Positions 38,469-49,464 are shown, counted from the stretch's first letter. The stretch: 55,502 nucleotides of DNA from Lachnospiraceae bacterium (GCA_017634315.1 JAGBNR010000142.1:1-55502), one strand, 5' to 3'. Notes: generated by a model from the letters alone, not told the origin. Numbers and translations: made by a program.

Positions 38469-39027
38469 TACAAGAAATACCGTGATAGGACTCATAATAC
38501 TGGCGGTAGCCGTGCTGGTGATATTTATACTCGCGATAAATACACCTGATAAGAATGCGGACAATGTGGTGATCACTGCCGCCACAAAACAGCTTACAAA
38601 GGATTATACAAGGGACTATCCGTCGACTCCGCGTGCCGTGGTGACAGAATACGGAGAGATCACCAGGTGCTTTTACGCAAGCGATACGGAGGAGTCGCAG
38701 ATAAGAGATCTTGCCACACAGATGAGACAGCTTTTTGATGATGAGCTTGCGGCAAATCAGAGCTTTGATGACTTCGTAGATTCATTAAGATCGGAAATAG
38801 CAATATACAGGAGCGGAGAAAAGATCATATCGAGCTATTCGGTTTCTTCGAGCACTGATGTCAAGTACGATAAAAATGAATACGGTTCGCTTGCTACCCT
38901 GTACCTGACCCTGAATGTCAGGGAGGACGGGGCGATAAATAAAGTGAAGGAACAGTTTGTATTAAGACAGGATAAGGAAGGACACTGGAAGATACTCGGA
39001 TGGGTACCCGCTGATGGTCAGCAGTAG
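38455..39027 (+). CDS. Membrane-anchored hypothetical protein (possibly DUF6715-like)
   Basis: N-terminal TM helix, YPSTPR.V, C-terminal G.WKILGW; family name recalled, not verified. Confidence 0.75.
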   Translation: MKKNNTRNTVIGLIILAVAVLVIFILAINTPDKNADNVVITAATKQLTKDYTRDYPSTPRAVVTEYGEITRCFYASDTEESQIRDLATQMRQLFDDELAANQSFDDFVDSLRSEIAIYRSGEKIISSYSVSSSTDVKYDKNEYGSLATLYLTLNVREDGAINKVKEQFVLRQDKEGHWKILGWVPADGQQ

Positions 39028-39049
39028 CCGGCATCCGTGATATAAACAT

Positions 39050-40063
39050 ATGATCATATTAGGCATAGAAAGCTCATGCGACGAGACAGCTGCCGCCGTG
39101 GTAAAAGACGGCAGGATACTGCTGTCAAACGTTATAGCATCTCAGATATCCACACATACAAAATACGGTGGGGTAGTACCCGAGATCGCATCCAGAAAGC
39201 ATATCGAAGCGATAGTACAGGTAGTGAGACAGGCTCTTGAGGAGGCACATACCGATATAGAAGAGATAGATGCGATAGGTGTGACCTACGGTCCGGGACT
39301 GGTAGGACCGTTGCTCGTCGGGGTGTCATACGCAAAAGCCTATGCTTACGGATGCGGCAAGAGGCTCATAGGCGTACATCACATAGAGGGTCATGTCAGT
39401 GCAAACTATATTGACAATAAAGAGCTGGAGCCTCCGTTCATGTGTCTCATTGTTTCAGGAGGACACACCCATCTGGTGAATGTAACGGATTACGGTGAAT
39501 ATGAGATACTGGGAAGGACTATGGATGATGCGGCAGGCGAGGCATACGACAAGGTGGCCCGCGCGATCGGACTCGGATATCCCGGTGGTCCCAAGATAGA
39601 TGCTGAAGCAAAGAAGGGAGATCCTGAGGCGATAGCGTTCCCGAGAGCACATATAGATGGAGACGAATATGATTTTTCATTTTCAGGTCTTAAAAGTGCC
39701 GTGCTTAATTACCTGAACTCATGTGAGATGAGAGGCGAAACGGTAATAAGAGAGGATGTCGCGGCATCCTTTCAGGCAGCGGTCGTAGATGTCCTGGTAG
39801 GAAACTCTATGAAAGCAGTCGATAAATACGGGGCAAAGAAATTTGCGATAGCGGGGGGAGTGGCTTCCAATACCGCATTAAGAGATGCAATGGGGCAGGC
39901 ATGTGATAAAAGAGGGATGAGCTTTTACCGTCCGTCACCGATACTCTGTACCGACAACGGAGCAATGATCGCGAGCGCAGCATATTACAGGGCATTGAGG
40001 AACGGGTATGCCGGTCTTGCGCTGAATGCGGTACCCGGACTCAAGCTGGGAGAGACTATATGA
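39050..40063 (+). CDS. tsaD: t6A transferase TsaD
   Basis: [48 protein letters not shown]. Confidence 0.98.
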   Translation: MIILGIESSCDETAAAVVKDGRILLSNVIASQISTHTKYGGVVPEIASRKHIEAIVQVVRQALEEAHTDIEEIDAIGVTYGPGLVGPLLVGVSYAKAYAYGCGKRLIGVHHIEGHVSANYIDNKELEPPFMCLIVSGGHTHLVNVTDYGEYEILGRTMDDAAGEAYDKVARAIGLGYPGGPKIDAEAKKGDPEAIAFPRAHIDGDEYDFSFSGLKSAVLNYLNSCEMRGETVIREDVAASFQAAVVDVLVGNSMKAVDKYGAKKFAIAGGVASNTALRDAMGQACDKRGMSFYRPSPILCTDNGAMIASAAYYRALRNGYAGLALNAVPGLKLGETI

Positions 40064-42279
40064 AGATAAAAATGTCAGGGATTCGATTATTGATAATATC
40101 AGGCTTTACGCTGGTGTGTATCATCATGGGATGTATGATAGCAGCCTCTGTAAAGGATGCCGGGAGATACTCGTTTGACCTTGGTTTATTCGCATCCGAG
40201 CTGGAGGAAAACGGATCATTGGTTATAGACAGTGCAAGAGAATACGAACAGGACTATTATCATTCCACAAGGTTCAGTCTGAGAAACGGCTCATACACGA
40301 TAAGTGTCGGATATGAGGCTGACTCTGATTATAACCTTGAGATTTCCTCTGATAATGATAATAATTGTACGCTCCCGATGCCTGCCGGCTCCGGCACGGC
40401 GACATGCACGATGAGTCTGGAATGGCCGACTGACAGAGCCTATATCAATTTCGAAATACCGGACGACAACAGGGTTATCATAAGTGATATTTCGATAGAG
40501 TCCACAGGGCTGATGTATACGGATGGTATTTTTCAGTTACTTATCCTGCTTGCGATATATGCCATATTTATATTCCATGCCGTAAGGTTTGATAAGTATG
40601 ATAAAGAAAAGAAGCTGGAAGTCATTATTATCCCGACTCTGATAATACTGCTGAATCTGCCTCTTTATATCAATCCTGCAAGCGACGCTTCAGGGAGCTG
40701 GCCAGTCTTTGACCCGATAAACCCGATGACCAGATTCGGCATCGATACAAGAGGGCATCTGCTGAGACTTGAGGCTGTGGTATACGGACTTTTGGACGGA
40801 CAGTTTCCTGTCGTGATAGCTCCGAATCTTTTGAATGAATGCGGGGAATTGTCATTCTTAAACCCGGATTTCTTCCTTTATCCCTTTGCCGTCATAAGAT
40901 TACTGGGTGCTTCCATGCTATTTGCATACAGAATACTGAGTGTTATCGTCAATATATGTACGGTGCTCGCCATGTATTATGCATGCAGACAGATAACCGA
41001 CAGAAGAAAGACGGCTCTTGTGCTTACTGCTGTCTATGTGTTTGAACCGCACAGATTAAGAGTAATACTTGAAAAGGGTGCTGCCGTCGGTATGGGACTG
41101 CCGTATGTTTTCCTGCCGTTATGCGTGGCAGGGATCTATCTGATCCTGAAAAAGAAAAGGAAGGGTGTATTCCTGCTGGCTTTCGGGGTGACGGGCATAA
41201 TAGAGTCTCATATTACAACCCTGGTCTTACTTATGATCTTTCTCGCTGTTCTTTTGGTTGTTTTTATAAAGGAGCTGACGGCAGATAAGATGAGCCGGGC
41301 TGTATTAACGGTATGCAGTGCTCTGCTTGCGGCAGTAATGAACATGGGGATGATAGTGATATTCCTTTACTACTATATATCCGGTGTAAATACAGCAGCT
41401 CTCGTATGGGACAGCTGGGAGGAATATCTCCTGGGACTGACCGGACTGGCATCGGACACGGAGAGTCTGTTTTATCTTATAAGTATCCCTATTGCTGTAT
41501 TCCTTGCGATCATTTACAGAAAAAAGACAGTCGAATATAAGCTTGGACTAACGATGATCGTGTTTTCCGCGATCCTTTTCTGGATGACATCCAGACTTTT
41601 TCCCTGGCATCTTATAAACAACTATCCGTTGATAAATGCCTTTACGAATTATATGCAGAAGCCGCACAGATTTTATACAATCATGGCATCGCTGCTTGTC
41701 ATGGCCGTGCTGCTGATCATTAAGGATGCGACACCGGACAGGAGAGTCTATACTGCGATACTTACAATATCCGGCATACTGTTAGTGTACGGTACATCGG
41801 TTAAGTATGGTGATTATTTCAGTGAAGGTCCGCTTCTTTACGATCAGATCCTCGGGAATATGAATACCCGTCAGATATATAATTATCTTCCGATTGGCGT
41901 AGATAAGGATATGGAGTTTTCGGGGACTGCCTCTCTTTCGGACTGGGACAATGTTGAATCATTATACTATAAAAAAAGAGGAACTCATGCGGACTATTCG
42001 TATATATCATATGCTGAGGGGGTTTATGCGGAATTCCCGCTTTTAATGTACAATGGTTATGTGGCTGTTGATGAGGCAGGCAACAGGATGGATATTGAAA
42101 GTGGCGACTGCGGAAGAGTGAGGATCGGTCTGAAGGGCGACGGGATGCAGCATGAGGTACACGTTGCTTTCAAGGTAAAGAGAGTGTTTGCCGGGGTGTA
42201 TGTGGTCTCGCTGATCGCAGCCGTAATCGCCGCAGTCTGTTTTGTAAGAAAATATGATAAAACGTCAGCAGATATTTAA
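40060..42279 (+). CDS. Multi-pass membrane protein, GT-C-like; distant paralog of 31913-34189
   Basis: [41 protein letters not shown]. Confidence 0.78.
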   Translation: MKIKMSGIRLLIISGFTLVCIIMGCMIAASVKDAGRYSFDLGLFASELEENGSLVIDSAREYEQDYYHSTRFSLRNGSYTISVGYEADSDYNLEISSDNDNNCTLPMPAGSGTATCTMSLEWPTDRAYINFEIPDDNRVIISDISIESTGLMYTDGIFQLLILLAIYAIFIFHAVRFDKYDKEKKLEVIIIPTLIILLNLPLYINPASDASGSWPVFDPINPMTRFGIDTRGHLLRLEAVVYGLLDGQFPVVIAPNLLNECGELSFLNPDFFLYPFAVIRLLGASMLFAYRILSVIVNICTVLAMYYACRQITDRRKTALVLTAVYVFEPHRLRVILEKGAAVGMGLPYVFLPLCVAGIYLILKKKRKGVFLLAFGVTGIIESHITTLVLLMIFLAVLLVVFIKELTADKMSRAVLTVCSALLAAVMNMGMIVIFLYYYISGVNTAALVWDSWEEYLLGLTGLASDTESLFYLISIPIAVFLAIIYRKKTVEYKLGLTMIVFSAILFWMTSRLFPWHLINNYPLINAFTNYMQKPHRFYTIMASLLVMAVLLIIKDATPDRRVYTAILTISGILLVYGTSVKYGDYFSEGPLLYDQILGNMNTRQIYNYLPIGVDKDMEFSGTASLSDWDNVESLYYKKRGTHADYSYISYAEGVYAEFPLLMYNGYVAVDEAGNRMDIESGDCGRVRIGLKGDGMQHEVHVAFKVKRVFAGVYVVSLIAAVIAAVCFVRKYDKTSADI

Positions 42280-43771
42280 GGAACCGTATAAGATAATAGG
42301 GATCATTGCCGTTGCGGCAGTGATAGTATGCTACTGCATCCTGATAATGCACAACGGATTTCGTTTTCTGAACTCTGATGATGCATCGGAGCTGGTACTT
42401 GCCCGCAAGCTGGCCGAGCAGCACAGCATTCTCACAAAGGACTGGTACTATTCGTCCGAGCTCAGAGTGATGAATACAAATCTGTTCTTTGCGCCGATGT
42501 TTTATCTGTTTCACTCATGGAGTGCGGTGAGAGCTGCGGGCGGAAGTCTGCTTCTGATCGTATATGCGATCTCATATCTGTGGATTCCCTATGCGTGGAA
42601 ATACGATCCCAAATGGTTTTACCTTACGGCATTCATACTGCTGATGCCTTTTGCCGAGCCGTGGCATTTTTTCGGCTTGAAGATGTATTATATCCCGCAT
42701 GTGACGATCTCATTTGTCTCATTCGCTCTCACGGGAAAGCTTTATCATGCACAGAGCTTAAAGAATAAGAGCGTGTATATATTGCTCCTGAGTGCTTTTG
42801 CCTTTGCGGCAGGGCTCGGGGGAGTACGGTCTGTGGAGTACACGTATATACCGCTTACGACAGCTGTTTTTATCATATGGTTTTTGAGGCGGTGCGATAC
42901 CTGTATGCTGACAGGGTCGTGTCTGGCATCGATTTTTGCGTTGTGCGGCTATATTGTGAATGATAAGGTGCTGTCGAAGGTCTTTGAGTATCATTCATAC
43001 GGCAATGTGTCGTTTATCAGACTCTCGTTTGAAAAGCTTGAATGGGCTGCAGATGCCGTACTTGCATCGTTCGGTTATGTTATTGGCGAATATTTTATGA
43101 GCTTCGGCGGGATATGCAATACTCTCGCTTGTATTATGACCCTGCTGTTTCTTGCGATGTTTCCTTTATTGCTTGTAAAAAGAAGTGAGATGGATGAGAC
43201 GCAGGAGTTTATATACTGGTTCGCGACAGCGACATTCCTTTTGAATACCTTTGTGATGGTGCTGGGACAGAATGACGAGTACGCGGATCGTTATATTGCC
43301 ATAGGCATGGTACCGTCGATCATGCTGATAGATCTTTCTTACAGGCTTTATATAAAGGGGCACGCGAGGGCTAAGCTGACCGGTGCCGCGATAATCGGGG
43401 TCTTTATGCTGCTCGGTCTTAAGGGATATTCCGATCTGATCCATGTGAGCGGCAACGGGTTAAGAGAAGGCTATATATCATATCTTACGGAAAACGGATA
43501 TGATTACGGCTATGCGACATTTTGGAATGCCAATATCACTACCGAGATGACTGATGGAAGGATAGATGTGACATCCCTTGATCCGAATGCCGACGATCTT
43601 CAGATCTTTAAATGGCTTACGGACAAGACACTGCTTGAAAAAGAGCATGATAAATATTTCCTTTTGCTGGACAGAGATGAAGCCGGTAAGTATCGGGAGA
43701 CAGATCCGGTGTACGAGGACGAGTACTACAGCGTATACGATATAGAGCCTGTATCCATACGAAATGAATAA
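42254..43771 (+). CDS. Multi-pass membrane protein, putative GT-C glycosyltransferase
   Basis: NSDDASE acidic loop after TM1, W.YSSELRV, GYATFWNAN, many TM segments. Confidence 0.75.
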   Translation: MIKRQQIFKEPYKIIGIIAVAAVIVCYCILIMHNGFRFLNSDDASELVLARKLAEQHSILTKDWYYSSELRVMNTNLFFAPMFYLFHSWSAVRAAGGSLLLIVYAISYLWIPYAWKYDPKWFYLTAFILLMPFAEPWHFFGLKMYYIPHVTISFVSFALTGKLYHAQSLKNKSVYILLLSAFAFAAGLGGVRSVEYTYIPLTTAVFIIWFLRRCDTCMLTGSCLASIFALCGYIVNDKVLSKVFEYHSYGNVSFIRLSFEKLEWAADAVLASFGYVIGEYFMSFGGICNTLACIMTLLFLAMFPLLLVKRSEMDETQEFIYWFATATFLLNTFVMVLGQNDEYADRYIAIGMVPSIMLIDLSYRLYIKGHARAKLTGAAIIGVFMLLGLKGYSDLIHVSGNGLREGYISYLTENGYDYGYATFWNANITTEMTDGRIDVTSLDPNADDLQIFKWLTDKTLLEKEHDKYFLLLDRDEAGKYRETDPVYEDEYYSVYDIEPVSIRNE

Positions 43772-43857
43772 TTATTCAGAGCAGCAATACGCACCGGACG
43801 GAGCGGAGACTTGCGTGTAAATACATCATGGGGAATGATACAAAGTGAGGGTGTGAC

Positions 43858-44565
43858 ATGAGATGTGCGGCAGTAATACTTGCAGGCGGATCAGGCAGGA
43901 GAATGAACAATAAGATACCCAAGCAGTTCATGGATATCGGCGGCAAGCCGGTATTGTGGTATTCGGTGCGCACTTTTTCCGAAACTGATTTTATAGATGA
44001 GATAGTAATAGTATCAGATGAGAGCCACAGGGAATACATCGAAAAGGAAATAGTGGATCTCTATGGATTTCATAAGGTAAGTACGGTTACAGCCGGAGGA
44101 AGGGAAAGGTATCATTCGGTATCACACGGACTGGAGGCTGTAAGCCGGGATACTGACTATGTATTCATACATGACGGGGCAAGACCGTTTGTGACGGCAC
44201 ATACTATCGAGAGATGCTTTCATTATGTAAAGAAGTATAACGCCGCAGTAGCTGCTGTCAGATCCAAGGATACCGTCAAGGTCGGGAATGACGACGGCTT
44301 TGTGGTATCAACACCTGACAGAGCCAATGTGTGGCAGGTTCAGACTCCGCAGTGCTTTGCCTATACGATGATAAGAGATGCGTACAGACATCTGCTGGAC
44401 GATGAAGACAGGCTTAAGGCGGCAGGGGTGGCAGTCACCGATGATACTATGGTGGCCAAGATGTATGCAGATGCAGATGCGAGACTGGTGGAAAGCACCT
44501 ATGAGAATATTAAGATAACCACTCCGGATGATCTGATCTATGCTGAAAGCATTATTGACCGTTGA
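43858..44565 (+). CDS. ispD: 2-C-methyl-D-erythritol 4-phosphate cytidylyltransferase (IspD/TarI family)
   Basis: ILAGGSGRRM...PKQF, GG.ER..SV, IHDGARP, QTPQ.F, NIKITTP.D. Confidence 0.9.
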   Translation: MRCAAVILAGGSGRRMNNKIPKQFMDIGGKPVLWYSVRTFSETDFIDEIVIVSDESHREYIEKEIVDLYGFHKVSTVTAGGRERYHSVSHGLEAVSRDTDYVFIHDGARPFVTAHTIERCFHYVKKYNAAVAAVRSKDTVKVGNDDGFVVSTPDRANVWQVQTPQCFAYTMIRDAYRHLLDDEDRLKAAGVAVTDDTMVAKMYADADARLVESTYENIKITTPDDLIYAESIIDR

Positions 44566-45605
44566 CTATGCGGATACTCACACGATGCCTTAAACAATCA
44601 ATGCAGTGGGTCGGGGCATTTGCGGCAGCTTTTTTTGTCATGAATCTCCTTTGCTTTGCGTTTTATGCTCCGTGCCAGGAGCTGCCGAGAGAGCATGGGG
44701 CGACAACCGGCTATCTGCTCCCCGACAGTCATGGTGTATACGGACTCGAGGGGTATTGTCTGGCAAATGTGGATGCCAATGGATATGTGAACCGAGACAA
44801 GCCTATCGCGGACTCCTGCTATGTAGTCGCCGGAGCATCACATACAGAGGGGCTTTTCATACCGCTCAGGCTCCGCTACACCGATCTGCTGAACAGTATG
44901 CTCGGATATGATGACGAGCTCAAGGTGTATAACATCGGAAGGAGCGGCAACTATTTTTCCATAGTCCTGCAGCATTTGGACGGCATCCTGGGTGAGTTTC
45001 CGGATGCTGAGGCGATAATTATCGAGACAGACACTCTCGCTTATGATACCAAGGCTCTGTATGACTCCCAGATACAGACAGGCTATGATCCTGATGAGAC
45101 ACCGGCGCGACTCTTAAATGATATGTCGAAACGAACCCGCGCCAATATGAAGGTCAAACAATATCTTCCGCTTGTGAGGGAGCTTCATAAGCAGTACCTG
45201 ACATATGCGGAATCCCAAAAGGAACAATCAGAGTCGGATATCCTTGATCCGGATTTTTGGAGTAAAGAGTATGCCGGCGGATTTGAAGAGGCATTGAGAA
45301 GTCTGTGCTCCTTCATACGGAGCAGGACGGACAAGCGGGTGATCATTTTATATCATCCGGCTGTTTCGATCGGGCAGGACGGAGAAATGAAGCTCATGAC
45401 AAACGGTGCCGAAAAGTACTACCGGAATATATGTCCCGAATATGATATTGAGTTTGTCGATATGTCCGAGCCGTTCATGAGAGCATATGAAAGCGAGCAT
45501 ATCGTACCTTACGGCTTTAGCAATACTACTATGGGAGACGGACATATCAACAGAGCTGCACACAGGATGATGGCAGAGGAATTATTTGAGGTATTGAAGC
45601 CTTAG
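44562..45605 (+). CDS. Membrane-anchored SGNH-like protein, probable MBOAT partner
   Basis: N-terminal TM helix, GASHTEG (GDS-like block I), NIG.SG, C-terminal DGH.N..AH. Confidence 0.7.
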   Translation: MTMRILTRCLKQSMQWVGAFAAAFFVMNLLCFAFYAPCQELPREHGATTGYLLPDSHGVYGLEGYCLANVDANGYVNRDKPIADSCYVVAGASHTEGLFIPLRLRYTDLLNSMLGYDDELKVYNIGRSGNYFSIVLQHLDGILGEFPDAEAIIIETDTLAYDTKALYDSQIQTGYDPDETPARLLNDMSKRTRANMKVKQYLPLVRELHKQYLTYAESQKEQSESDILDPDFWSKEYAGGFEEALRSLCSFIRSRTDKRVIILYHPAVSIGQDGEMKLMTNGAEKYYRNICPEYDIEFVDMSEPFMRAYESEHIVPYGFSNTTMGDGHINRAAHRMMAEELFEVLKP

Positions 45606-45654
45606 GAGCTGCACGGATCCTTAGCTTATGAGTAAAGTGGGGAGTTTATAATCA

Positions 45655-47010
45655 ATGCCGTTCTTATCGATACAGTTTATGGTACTGATGATCTCAGTGC
45701 TCATATTGCTCGCGGTGGTCAGGGATAAACGGGCTGAACGTTTTATCCTGCTTACAGCGAGTTATATCTTTTACGCGGGCTTCAGTATGGAAATGCTTAT
45801 CCTGTTGCTTATCCTGTCTTTATTTACTTATTTCGGTGGGGCTCTTGTTTTTCGGGAAAGGACCGCAGGCCGTCCGGGTAGTGCAAGATGTATTATGTGC
45901 AGCGTGATCGGTGTACAGACAGCCGTACTGGTATTCTTTAAGTATACAGGTCTGTTTTCCATGCCTGTCGGATTGTCCTTTTATATGCTGCAGGCGATAA
46001 GCCTTATTGCGGATCTGTATCTGGGGCATCTTACAGAGTGTCCGTCACTGCCTGACGCGTTTCTTTATATAGGGTTTTTCCCGCAGATAGTATCAGGTCC
46101 CATTATAAAGGCAAAGGATTTTATACCGCAGTTAGATAACAGACAGCAGCTCAATATGGAGAGACTGGCATACGGACTGCAGCTGTTTCTTTTTGGCGCA
46201 TTCATGAAGCTTGTAGTGGCTGACAGACTGGCTGTATGCGTAGATAAGGTGTACTCCGCTCCGGCGGCATACAGCGGTGCGAGCCTGCTTGTTACGGCTG
46301 TCGGATATTCATTGCAGCTTTTGTTTGATTTTGCGGGGTATTCTGATATGGCAATAGGAGCTGCCTGGCTGCTGGGATTTGATTTCTATAAGAACTTCAA
46401 CCTTCCGTATCTGGCGATCAGCCCGACTGATTTCTGGCGGCGGTGGCATATAAGCCTGTCATCGTGGATGCGGGATTATGTGTATATACCGCTCGGGGGC
46501 AGCCGTAAGGGAAGAGCACGTACTTATATCAATATTTTCCTGACGATGATAGTCAGTGGGCTGTGGCACGGATCTACGGCAAACTTCCTTGTCTGGGGTG
46601 CGCTCCACGGTCTGGGACAGGTGGTATACCGCTCGGTCGCGGATCGCAACAGGGAGGCCGGACGGGACCGCATTTTGCCTCCGGTCGCCGCACGCATACT
46701 TACTTTTTTGTTTGTAAGTCTCCTGTGGATACCGTTTAGAGCCGCTACGCTGCGTGACGCGTGGACGGTGATCAGCAGGATCTTCACGTTCAGGGCAGGG
46801 ATAGCCTACTACTACGTGTATATTTTCATATTCGGTACGGCATTATTGCTGGTGCAGGCCATCGCGATACACCGTAACGATGCTGACAACCCTGTCAAAC
46901 CGCTGCCGCTTGACAGATTTTACGGCAAAGTCATCGTATGTATTCTGATAATCGCAACATTGATGTTTGCATACTTTGGAAACGGCGCATTTATTTATTC
47001 GCGCTTTTAA
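45655..47010 (+). CDS. MBOAT family O-acyltransferase (AlgI/PatA/DltB-like)
   Basis: PVGLSFY, FFPQIVSGPI, DFAGYSDMAIG, FWRRWHISLS, YIPLGG, GLWHG. Confidence 0.95.
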   Translation: MPFLSIQFMVLMISVLILLAVVRDKRAERFILLTASYIFYAGFSMEMLILLLILSLFTYFGGALVFRERTAGRPGSARCIMCSVIGVQTAVLVFFKYTGLFSMPVGLSFYMLQAISLIADLYLGHLTECPSLPDAFLYIGFFPQIVSGPIIKAKDFIPQLDNRQQLNMERLAYGLQLFLFGAFMKLVVADRLAVCVDKVYSAPAAYSGASLLVTAVGYSLQLLFDFAGYSDMAIGAAWLLGFDFYKNFNLPYLAISPTDFWRRWHISLSSWMRDYVYIPLGGSRKGRARTYINIFLTMIVSGLWHGSTANFLVWGALHGLGQVVYRSVADRNREAGRDRILPPVAARILTFLFVSLLWIPFRAATLRDAWTVISRIFTFRAGIAYYYVYIFIFGTALLLVQAIAIHRNDADNPVKPLPLDRFYGKVIVCILIIATLMFAYFGNGAFIYSRF

Positions 47011-47036
47011 GTCAAAATTTAAAAATAAAAAATATC

Positions 47037-47065
47037 TTGCAATAAGAAAGAGACAGGTATACAAT
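47037..47065 (+). promoter_or_regulatory. Sigma-A promoter of glnA-gltBD
   Basis: TTGCAA-17-TACAAT. Confidence 0.65.
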
Positions 47066-47076
47066 ACAGTTCATGA

Positions 47077-47114
47077 AAGCAAAGGTGCTTGGAGTAGTCC
47101 AAGTGCCTTTTTTT
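47077..47114 (+). promoter_or_regulatory. Leader attenuator 1: ANTAR-type hairpin overlapping an intrinsic terminator
   Basis: AAGC-AAAGGT-GCTT overlaps AAAGGTGCTTGGA-GTAG-TCCAAGTGCCTTT plus T-run. Confidence 0.65.
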
Positions 47115-47200
47115 ATAGTATATGTTTTGTGATGTACGATCGGAAGCACGCATTTATGCGGAGTCTCTGAGACGCAGTCGCAGAAAGTAATATATATGCA

Positions 47201-47247
47201 CGACAAAGGGGTCGCAGGAGGAGCATGTCCTCCGGCGATCTTTTTTT
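47201..47247 (+). promoter_or_regulatory. Leader attenuator 2: ANTAR-type hairpin overlapping an intrinsic terminator
   Basis: CGAC-AAAGGG-GTCG overlaps GGTCGC-AGGAGGA...TCCTCCG-GCGATC plus seven T. Confidence 0.65.
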
Positions 47248-47322
47248 ATACAGTGGGGGGTCGCGCCCACAGCTGTTGATCAAAGTGAGCGATCCCATAA
47301 AAACATAAAGGAGGAAAACGAT

Positions 47323-49416
47323 ATGGAAAGTGTGAAGGAGATCTACGGAAGTCTGGTATTTGGTGACAGGGTCATGCAGGAGAGGCTGCCAAAGGATGTA
47401 TACAAGGCTGTAAAGGCTACGGCGGAAAAGGGCACACATCTGCAGCTTGATGTGGCAAATACCGTGGCGGCGGCAATGAAGGAATGGGCCATCGAAAACG
47501 GAGCCACGCATTTCACACACTGGTTTCAGCCTATGACCGGACTCACTGCCGAAAAGCACGACAGCTTTATCTTTCCGGCAGGAAGCGGAGAGGTGCTGCT
47601 CGAGTTCTCGGGCAAGGAGCTCGTCAAAGGAGAGCCTGACGCATCGAGCTTTCCATCGGGAGGGCTCAGAGCCACCTTTGAGGCAAGAGGCTATACGGCA
47701 TGGGACCCTTCATCACCTGCCTTTGTAAAGGATGGTACGCTCTATATCCCGACGGCCTTCTGTTCATATGGCGGAGAGGCTCTCGACAAAAAGACACCGC
47801 TGCTCCGATCCATGGATGCTCTTTCGGAGTCGGCGGTAAAGGTGCTCTCACTCCTCGGGAAGCAGGTAAAGAGAGTGAATACCACGATAGGCTCGGAGCA
47901 GGAATACTTCCTTGTGGATAAGGAGAAATACCTTAAGAGAAAGGATCTCGTGATGTGCGGCAGGACACTGATAGGCGCATCGGCTCCCAAGGGACAGGAG
48001 ATGGAGGATCATTACTTCGGAGTGCTGAAGCCAAAGGTATCCGAGTTTATGCATGAGCTTGATACGGAGCTCTGGAAGCTCGGAGTGCCTGCCAAGACAA
48101 AGCATAATGAGGTGGCTCCGGCACAGCATGAGCTGGCACCTGTATTCGAGACTGCAAATGTGGCTGTGGATCACAATCAGCTCACAATGGAGATAATGAA
48201 AAAGGTAGCGGACAAATGCGGATATGCCTGCCTGCTGCATGAGAAGCCCTTTGAGGGCATAAACGGATCGGGTAAGCACAACAACTGGTCTATAAGCACC
48301 GATGCGGGAGAGAATCTGCTCGATCCGGGTAAGACCCCGCAGGACAACAAGCAGTTTCTTGTATTTCTTATGGCGGTGATAGCCGCGGTCGATGACTACG
48401 CCGACCTGCTGAGACTCTCTGTGGCTACAGCCGGAAATGATCACAGACTCGGCGCGAACGAGGCACCTCCGGCTGTCATATCGGTATTTGTAGGTGACGA
48501 GCTTGCGGCAGTGCTCAAGTCGATAGAAGAAGGAACCAGATATGACGGCTCGGGTGCGACTAAGATGAGCTGGGCACATGTACTGCCGCATATCACGCAG
48601 GATACCACTGACAGGAACAGGACATCGCCTTTTGCATTTACAGGCAACAAGTTTGAATTCCGTATGCCGGGATCGGCACTCTCCGTGGCGCAGCCCAATA
48701 TCGCGCTGAACACAGCCGTGGCGGAGGAGCTTGACAGGATATACGAGAAGCTGCAGGATACTCCCGCGGACAAGCTGGACGGGGCGATAGATGAGATGCT
48801 GAGGGAGATGCTCAAGGAGCACAAGAGGATCATCTTCAACGGTAACGGATATTCGGATGAATGGATCGAGGAGGCCGAAAGGAGAGGACTGTACAATCTC
48901 AAATCCCTCCCGGATGCCATGCCTCATCTTCTCTCGGACAAGAACAGAGAGCTCTTTAAAAAGCATGAGGTCCTGTCGGATGTGGAGATAGAGTCAAGGT
49001 ATGAGATCTTCCTTGAAAACTACAACAAGGAGATCCATATCGAGGCACTCACTCTGCAGGAGATGATAAGAAAGGACTTCACTCAGGGACTTGTGGCTTA
49101 TATGAAGGATGTGACGAACGAGGCATTAAAGAAGAAACAGCTGCTGCCGTCGCTTACCTGCTCATATGAGTCGGATATCATCAACACACTGGATGAAACG
49201 AGCGAGATCATCGGCAACAAGATACATCAGCTACGTGACGATACCGAGAGAGCGGAGAAGATAGAGGATGCGCTTGAGGCCGCGAGATTTTACCATGATG
49301 TGATACTCAAGGATATGGATGAGCTTCGTACCTATGTGGACAAGGCGGAGAAGATAATCCCCGACGGATATCTACCCTATCCGACATACGGACAGATACT
49401 TTTCTCACTGAGATAA
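47323..49416 (+). CDS. glnA: Glutamine synthetase type III
   Basis: 697 aa; THWFQP.TG.TAEKHD, GEPDASSFPSGG.R.TFEARGY, HNEVAP.QHE, DRNRTSPFAFTGNKFEFR. Confidence 0.96.
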   Translation: MESVKEIYGSLVFGDRVMQERLPKDVYKAVKATAEKGTHLQLDVANTVAAAMKEWAIENGATHFTHWFQPMTGLTAEKHDSFIFPAGSGEVLLEFSGKELVKGEPDASSFPSGGLRATFEARGYTAWDPSSPAFVKDGTLYIPTAFCSYGGEALDKKTPLLRSMDALSESAVKVLSLLGKQVKRVNTTIGSEQEYFLVDKEKYLKRKDLVMCGRTLIGASAPKGQEMEDHYFGVLKPKVSEFMHELDTELWKLGVPAKTKHNEVAPAQHELAPVFETANVAVDHNQLTMEIMKKVADKCGYACLLHEKPFEGINGSGKHNNWSISTDAGENLLDPGKTPQDNKQFLVFLMAVIAAVDDYADLLRLSVATAGNDHRLGANEAPPAVISVFVGDELAAVLKSIEEGTRYDGSGATKMSWAHVLPHITQDTTDRNRTSPFAFTGNKFEFRMPGSALSVAQPNIALNTAVAEELDRIYEKLQDTPADKLDGAIDEMLREMLKEHKRIIFNGNGYSDEWIEEAERRGLYNLKSLPDAMPHLLSDKNRELFKKHEVLSDVEIESRYEIFLENYNKEIHIEALTLQEMIRKDFTQGLVAYMKDVTNEALKKKQLLPSLTCSYESDIINTLDETSEIIGNKIHQLRDDTERAEKIEDALEAARFYHDVILKDMDELRTYVDKAEKIIPDGYLPYPTYGQILFSLR

Positions 49417-49464
49417 TACCGGTTGGTAACCCATAACTAAGCGCTGTCAGGAGGAGTCATAGTT

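Noticed and set aside
47848-48966. 372-aa minus-strand ORF
   Set aside because: Lies wholly antisense to glnA with no motif; explained by codon bias
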